DNA of 64,000 bases from Auanema rhodensis (Eukaryota > Animalia > Nematoda), in contig OZ059900.1 in the NCBI GenBank assembly GCA_964057225.1, positions 8,370,001 through 8,434,000 of the forward strand, given 5' to 3'. A program made the translations under genes and the position numbers. The first letter of the stretch is position 1; every line of letters starts with the position of its first letter. Shown here one piece after another: positions 57,298-64,000 of the stretch. The notes under the pieces are model-generated. The model had not been told where the DNA came from, did not search any database, and worked only from the letters and a program-made list of their open reading frames with translations.

Positions 57298-60081
57298 TTC
57301 AGGATTCATAAACTTTGACTATTTTCACATATATATGTTAAATTTTAACCACTTTGGTCAAAAAGGACCGAAAATATCAAGAATTATTGGTTTTTTGAGG
57401 TTTGAAGGGCATTTTGGCTAAATCAGTCAAACTTTTGATCTTAAGCATATTTTTTTCTTCTAAAACGACTAAATGTATGAAATACTGTCATAGAATGTTC
57501 ATATAGGTGTATTTTGCACGAATATCAAAACTGATTGAAATATGGGCCTTTTTATGCTCAAAACGCCATATATTCAACGATTTTGGGTACAAAACATGTG
57601 AAAACTGTATGTTTTGATCAGACCCTTTGAGATATGGATTTGAAATTCAGGATTCATAAACTTTGACTATTTTTACATATATATGTCCAATTTTAACCAC
57701 TTTGGTCAGAAAGGACCGAAAATATCAAGAATTATTGGTTTTTTGGGGTTTGAAGGGCATTTTGGCAAAATCAGTCAAACTTTTGATCTTAAGCATATTT
57801 TTTTCTTCTAAAACGACTAAATGTTAGGAATACTGTCATAGAAGGTTGATATAGGTGTATTTTGCACGAATATCAAAACTGATTGAAATATGGGCCTTTT
57901 TATGCTCAAAACGCCATATATTCAACGATTTTGGGTACAAAACATGTGAAAACTGTATGTTTTGATCAGACTCTTTGAGATATGGATTTGAAATTCAGGA
58001 TTCATAAACTTTGACTATTTTCACATATATATGTTCAATTTTAACCACTTTGGTCAAAAAGGACCGAAAATATCAAGAATTATTGGTTTTTTGGGGTTTG
58101 AAGGGCATTTTGGCTAAATCAGTCAAACTTTTGATCTTAAGCATATTTTTTTCTTCTAAAACGACTAAATGTATGGAAGACTGTCATAGAATGTTCATAT
58201 AGGTGTATTTTGCACGAATATCAAAACTGATTGAAATATGGGCCTTTTTATGCTCAAAACGCCATATATTCAACGATTTTGGGTACAAAACATGTGAAAA
58301 CTGTATGTTTTGATCAGACCCTTTGAGATATGGATTTGAAATTCAGGATTCATAAACTTTGACTATTTTTACATATTTATGTCCAATTTTAACCACTTTG
58401 GTCAAAAAGGACCAAAAATATCAAGAGTTATTGGTTTTTTGGGTATTGAAGGGCATTTTGGCAAAATCAGTCAAACTTTTGATCTTAAGCATATTTTTTT
58501 CTTCTAAAACGACTAAATGTTAGGAATACTGTCATAGAATGTTGATATAGGTGTATTTTGCACGAATATCAAAACTGATTGAAATATGGGCCTTTTTATG
58601 CTCAAAACGCCATATATTCAACGATTTTGGGTACAAAACATGTGAAAACTGTATGTTTTGATCAGACCCTTTGAGATATGGATTTGAAATTCAGGATTCA
58701 TAAACTTTGACTATTTTCACATATATATGTTCAATTTTAACCACTTTGGTCAAAAAGGACCGAAAATATCAAGAATTATTGGTTTTTTGAGGTTTGAAGG
58801 GCATTTTGGCTAAATCAGTCAAACTTTTGATCTTAAGCATATTTTTTTCTTCTAAAACGACTAAATGTATGAAATACTGTCATAGAATGTTCATATAGGT
58901 GTATTTTGCACGAATATCAAAACTGATTGAAATATGGGCCTTTTTATGCTCAAAACGCCATATATTCAACGATTTTGGGTACAAAACATGTGAAAACTGT
59001 ATGTTTTGATCAGACCCTTTGAGATATGGATTTGAAATTCAGGATTCATAAACTTTGACTATTTTTACATATATATGTCCAATTTTAACCACTTTGGTCA
59101 AAAAGGACCGAAAATATCAAGAATTATTGGTTTTTTGGGGTTTGAAGGGCATTTTGGCAAAATCAGTCAAACTTTTGATCTTAAGCATATTTTTTTCTTC
59201 TAAAACGACTAAATGTTAGGAATACTGTCATAGAATGTTGATATAGGTGTATTTTGCACGAATATCAAAACTGATTGAAATATGGGCCTTTTTATGCTCA
59301 AAACGCCATATATTCAACGATTTTGGGTACAAAACATGTGAAAACTGTATGTTTTGATCAGACTCTTTGAGATATGGATTTGAAATTCAGGATTCATAAA
59401 CTTTGACTATTTTCACATATATATGTTCAATTTTAACCACTTTGGTCAAAAAGGACCGAAAATATCAAGAATTATTGGTTTTTTGGGGTTTGAAGGGCAT
59501 TTTGGCTAAATCAGTCAAACTTTTGATCTTAAGCATATTTTTTTCTTCTAAAACGACTAAATGTATGGAAGACTGTCATAGAATGTTCATATAGGTGTAT
59601 TTTGCACGAATATCAAAACTGATTGAAATATGGGCCTTTTTATGCTCAAAACGCCATATATTCAACGATTTTGGGTACAAAACATGTGAAAACTGTATGT
59701 TTTGATCAGACCCTTTGAGATATGGATTTGAAATTCAGGATTCATAAACTTTGACTATTTTTACATATTTATGTCCAATTTTAACCACTTTGGTCAAAAA
59801 GGACCAAAAATATCAAGAATTATTGGTTTTTTGGGTATTGAAGGGCATTTTGGCAAAATCAGTCAAACTTTTGATCTTAAGCATATTTTTTTCTTCTAAA
59901 ACGACTAAATGTATGGAATACTGTCATAGAATGTTGATATAGGTGTATTTTGCACGAATATCGAAACTGATTGAAATATGGGCCTTTTTATGCTCAAAAC
60001 GCCATATATTCAACGATTTTGGGTACAAAACATGTGAAAACTGTATGTTTTGACCAGACCCTTTGAGATATGGATTTGAAA
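57298..60081 (+). repeat. 4-mer higher-order repeat (1392 bp x2) next to the inversion
   Basis: The order tgagg / ttagg / gaagac / (atttat, accaaaa, gggtattg) monomers is repeated. ORFs 58011/59403. Confidence 0.87.
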
Positions 60082-60164
60082 TTCAGGATTCATAAACTTT
60101 GACTATTTTCACATATATATGTTCAATTTTAACCACTTTGGTCAAAAAGGACCGAAAATATCAA

Positions 60165-60245
60165 GAATTAAGAAGAAAAAAATATGCTTAAGATCAAAAG
60201 TTTGACTGATTTTGCCAAAATGCCCTTCAATCCCCAAAAAACCAA
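60165..60245. other. Inversion junction (convergent) with 75-bp spacer
   Basis: ...tcaagaatta|agaagaaaaaaatatgc...: forward monomer position 89 (60170) is joined to the reverse complement starting at monomer position 164 (60171). Mirror symmetry resumes at 60246. Confidence 0.97.
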
Positions 60246-63200
60246 TAATTCTTGATATTTTCGGTCCTTTTTGACCAAAGTGGTTAAAATTGGACATAAA
60301 TATGTAAAAATAGTCAAAGTTTATGAATCCTGAATTTCAAATCCATATCTCAAAGGGTCTGATCAAAACATACAGTTTTCACATGTTTTGTACCCAAAAT
60401 CGTTGAATATATGGCGTTTTGAGCATAAAAAGGCCCATATTTCAATCAGTTTCGATATTCGTGCAAAATACACCTATAACAACATTCTATGACAGTATTC
60501 CATACATTTAGTCGTTTTAGAAGAAAAAAATATGCTTAAGATCAAAAGTTTGACTGATTTTGCCAAAATGCCCTTCAATCCCCAAAAAACCAATAATTCT
60601 TGATATTTTCGGTCCTTTTTGACCAAAGTGGTTAAAATTGGACATAAATATGTAAAAATAGTCAAAGTTTATGAATCCTGAATTTCAAATCCATATCTCA
60701 AAGGGTCTGATCAAAACATACAGTTTTCACATGTTTTGTACCCAAAATCGTTGAATATATGGCGTTTTGAGCATAAAAAGGCCCATATTTCAATCAGTTT
60801 CGATATTCGTGCAAAATACACCTATAACAACATTCTATGACAGTATTCCATACATTTAGTCGTTTTAGAAGAAAAAAATATGCTTAAGATCAAAATTTTG
60901 ACTGATTTTGCCAAAATGCCCTTCAATCCCCAAAAAACCAATAATTCTTGATATTTTCAGTCCTTTTTGACCAAAGTGGTTAAAATTGGACATAAATATG
61001 TAAAAATAGTCAAAATTTATGAATCCTGAATTTCAAATCCATATCTCAAAGGGTCTGATCAAAACATACAGTTTTCACATGTTTTGTACCCAAAATCGTT
61101 GAATATATGGCGTTTTGAGCATAAAAAGGCCCATATTTCAATCAGTTTTGATTTTTGTGCAAAATACACCTATATGAACATTCTATGACAGTATTTCATA
61201 CATTTAGTCGTTTTAGAAGAAAAAAATAGGCTTAAGATCAAAAGTTTGACTGATTTTGCCAAAATGCCCTTCAATCCCCAAAAAACCAATAATTCTTGAT
61301 ATTTACGGTCCTTTTTGACCAAAGTGGTTAAAATTATACATAAATATGTAAAAATAGTCAAAGTTTATGAATCCTGAATTTCAAATCCATATCTCAAAGG
61401 GTCTGATCAAAACATACAGTTTTCACATGTTTTGTACCCAAAATCGTTGAATATATGGCGTTTTGAGCATAAAAAGACCCATCCTTTTTGACCAAAGTGG
61501 TTAAAATTGAACATATATATGTAAAAATAGTCAAAGTTTATGAATCCTGATTTTCAAATCCATATCTCAAAGGGTCTGTTCAAAACATACAGTTTTCACA
61601 TGTTTTGTACCCAAAATCGTTGAATATATGGCGTTTTGAGCATAAAAAGGCCCATATTTCAATCAGTTTCGATATTCGTGCAAAATACACCTATATGAAC
61701 ATTCTTTGACAGTATTTCATACATTTAGTCGTTTTAGAAGAAAAAAATATGCTTAAGATCAAAAGTTTGACTGATTTTGCCAAAATGCCCTTCAAACCCC
61801 AAAAAACCAATAATTCTTGATATTTTCGGTCCTTTTTGACCAAAGTGGTTAAAATTGGACATATATATGTAAAAATAGTCAAAGTTTATGAATCCTGAAT
61901 TTCAAATCCATATCTCAAAGGGTCTGATCAATACATACAGTTTTCACATGTTTTGTACCCAAAATCGTTGAATATATGGCGTTTTGAGCATAAAAAGGCC
62001 CATATTTCAATCAGTTTCGATATTCGTGCAAAATACACCTATATGAACATTCTTTGACAGTATTTCATACATTTAGTCGTTTTAGAAGAAAAAAATATGC
62101 TTAAGATCAAAAGTTTGACTGATTTTGCCAAAATGCCCTTCAAACCCCAAAAAACCAATAATTCTTGATATTTTCGGTCCTTTTTGACCAAAGTGGTTAA
62201 AATTGGACATATATATGTAAAAATAGTCAAAGTTTATGAATCCTGAATTTCAAATCCATATCTCAAAGGGTCTGATCAAAACATACAGTTTTCACATGTT
62301 TTGTACCCAAAATCGTTGAATATATGGCGTTTTGAGCATAAAAAGGCCCATATTTCAATCAGTTTTGATATTCGTGCAAAATACACCTATATGAACATTC
62401 TATGACAGTATTTCATACATTTAGTCGTTTTAGAAGAAAAAAATATGCTTAAGATCAAAAGTTTGACTGATTTTGCCATAATGCCCTTCAATCCCCAAAA
62501 AACCAATAATTCTTGATATTTTCGTTCCTTTTTGACCAAAGTGGTTAAAATTGAACATATATATGTGAAAATAGTCGAAGTTTATGAATCCTGAATTCAA
62601 AATCCATATCTCAAAGGGTCTGATCAAAACATACAGTTTTCACATGTTTTGTACCCAAAATCGTTGAATATATGGCGTTTTGAGCATAAAAAGGCCAATA
62701 TTTCAATCAGTTTTGATATTCGTGCAAAATACACCTATATGAACATTCTATGACAGTCTTCCATACATTTAGTCGTTTTAGAAGAAAAAAATATGCTTAA
62801 GATCAAAAGTTTGACTGATTTTGCCAAAATGCCCTTCAATCCCCAAAAAACCAATAATTCTTGATATTTTTGGTCCTTTTTGACCAAAGTGGTTAAAATT
62901 GGACATATATATGTGAAAATAGTCAAACTTTATGAATCCTGAATTTCAAATCCATATCTCAAAGGGTCTGATCAAAACATAGAGTTTTCACATGTTTTGT
63001 ACCCAAAATCGTTGAATATATGGCGTTTTGAGCATAAAAAGGCCCATATTTCAATCAGTTTCGATATTCGTGCAAAATACACCTATATCAACATTCTATG
63101 ACAGTATTTCATACATTTAGTCGTTTTAGAAGAAAAAAATATGCTTAAGATCAAAAGTTTGACTGATTTTGCCAAAATGCCCTTCAATCTCCAAAAAACC

Positions 63201-64000
63201 AATAATTCTTGATATTTTCGGTCCTTTTTGACCAAAATTGGTTAAAATTGGACATATATATGTGAAAATAGTCAAAGTTTATGAATCCTGAATTTCGAAT
63301 CCATATCTGAAAGGGTCTGATCAAAACATACAGTTTTCACATGTTTTGTACCCAAAATCGTTGAATGTATGGCGTTTTGAGCATAAAAAGGCCCATATTT
63401 CAATCAGTTTTGATAATCGTGCAAAATACACCTATATGAACATTCTATGACAGTATTTCATAAATTTAGTCGTTTTAGAAGAAAAAAATATGCTTAAGAT
63501 CAAAAGTTTGACTGATTTTGCCAAAATGTCCTTCAAACCCCAAAAAACCAATAATTCTTGATATTTTCGGTCCTTTTTGACCAAAGTGGTTGAAATTGAA
63601 CATATATATGTGAAAATAGTCAAAGTTTATGAATACTGAATTTCAAATCCATATCTCAAAGGGTCTGATCAAAACATACAGTTTTCACATGTTTTGTACC
63701 CAAAATCGTTGAATATATGGCGTTTTGAGCATAAAAAGGCCCATATTTCAATCAGTTTTGATATTCGTGCAAAATACACCTATATCAACATTCTATGACA
63801 GTATTCCATACATTTAGTCGTTTTAGAAGATAAAAATATGCTTAAGATCAAAAGTTTGACTGATTTAGCCAAAATGCCCTTCAAACCCCAAAAAACCAAT
63901 AATTCTTGATATTTTCGGTCCTTTTTGACCAAAGTGGTTAAAATTGGACATATATATGTAAAAATAGTCGAAGTTTATGAATCCCTAATTTCAAATCCAT
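60171..64000 (-). repeat. Same 348-bp satellite in inverted orientation (164-bp partial, 10 full units, one 173-bp unit, runs off window end)
   Basis: The sequence is the reverse complement of the monomer (e.g. tttcaaatccatatctcaaagggtctgatc), and the repeated ORF switches to the minus strand from 60474 onward. Confidence 0.99.
61379..61551 (-). repeat. Truncated 173-bp monomer (175-bp internal deletion, monomer positions 71-245)
   Basis: Junction aaaaagaccca|tcctttttgacc at 61481/61482. ORF spacing 61170 to 61691 = 521 = 348+173. Confidence 0.95.

Larger units (their letters stand above)
1..60170 (+). repeat. Tandem satellite DNA array, 348-bp monomer, forward block (173 full monomers + 89-bp partial)
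   Basis: The same unit (ttcaggattcataaactttgac...gagatatggatttgaaa) recurs every 348 bp, and the ORF track spacing is 348 or multiples of it. Length bookkeeping closes exactly: 173x348 - 19x7 - 1 + 11 = 60081 bp before the last partial monomer at 60082. Confidence 0.99.

Noticed and set aside
60168-60171. TTAA at the inversion junction as a piggyBac-type target site, or the arms as transposon terminal repeats
   Set aside because: No transposon sequence or target-site duplication is present. TTAA is common in this AT-rich monomer, and the arms are just satellite.
18-63623. About 100 copies of a 63-aa ORF (MTIFTYICSILTTLVKK...) and two 65-aa ORFs as a tandem gene family
   Set aside because: They start at TTG/GTG rather than ATG and show no recognisable domain. 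Many monomers freely lose the frame through start loss (tcg/ccg), TAG/TGA/TAA stops or the 7-bp frameshift, and most variants are non-synonymous. This is a chance open frame amplified with the satellite.
1-64000. CRISPR-like or repeat-spacer array
   Set aside because: There are no unique spacers; the full 348 bp is repeated, and there are no cas-like ORFs.
1-64000. Claim that this is the functional centromere
   Set aside because: Unit length, homogeneity and higher-order repeats are compatible with it, but subtelomeric or interstitial heterochromatin looks the same. CENH3/CENP-A ChIP or FISH is required.

Overview
The whole 64 kb window is one AT-rich (~30% GC by hand count of one monomer) eukaryotic-type tandem satellite array with a 348-bp monomer. 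I found no genes, RNA genes, transposons or CRISPR arrays. Bases 1-60170 hold 173 complete head-to-tail monomers plus an 89-bp partial one. At 60170/60171 the array flips orientation, giving a convergent junction with a 75-bp asymmetric spacer. Bases 60171-64000 hold about 11 reverse-oriented, somewhat more divergent units, one shortened to 173 bp by a 175-bp deletion. Monomers differ at a small set of shared diagnostic sites, including a 7-bp deletion (19 copies) and a +1 variant (11 copies). These define nested local higher-order repeats (2-, 3-, 4-, 5-, 6-, 7-, 11- and 14-mer periods), chimeric recombinant monomers and long-range block duplications. The monomer appears to be an old diverged dimer of ~174-bp subunits, with ~10-bp phased A/T tracts and several short dyads, consistent with (peri)centromeric or heterochromatic satellite. 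The repeated 63-aa ORFs are by-products of the repeat. The organism and satellite family cannot be identified from the sequence alone. Monomer positions below are numbered from window base 1.
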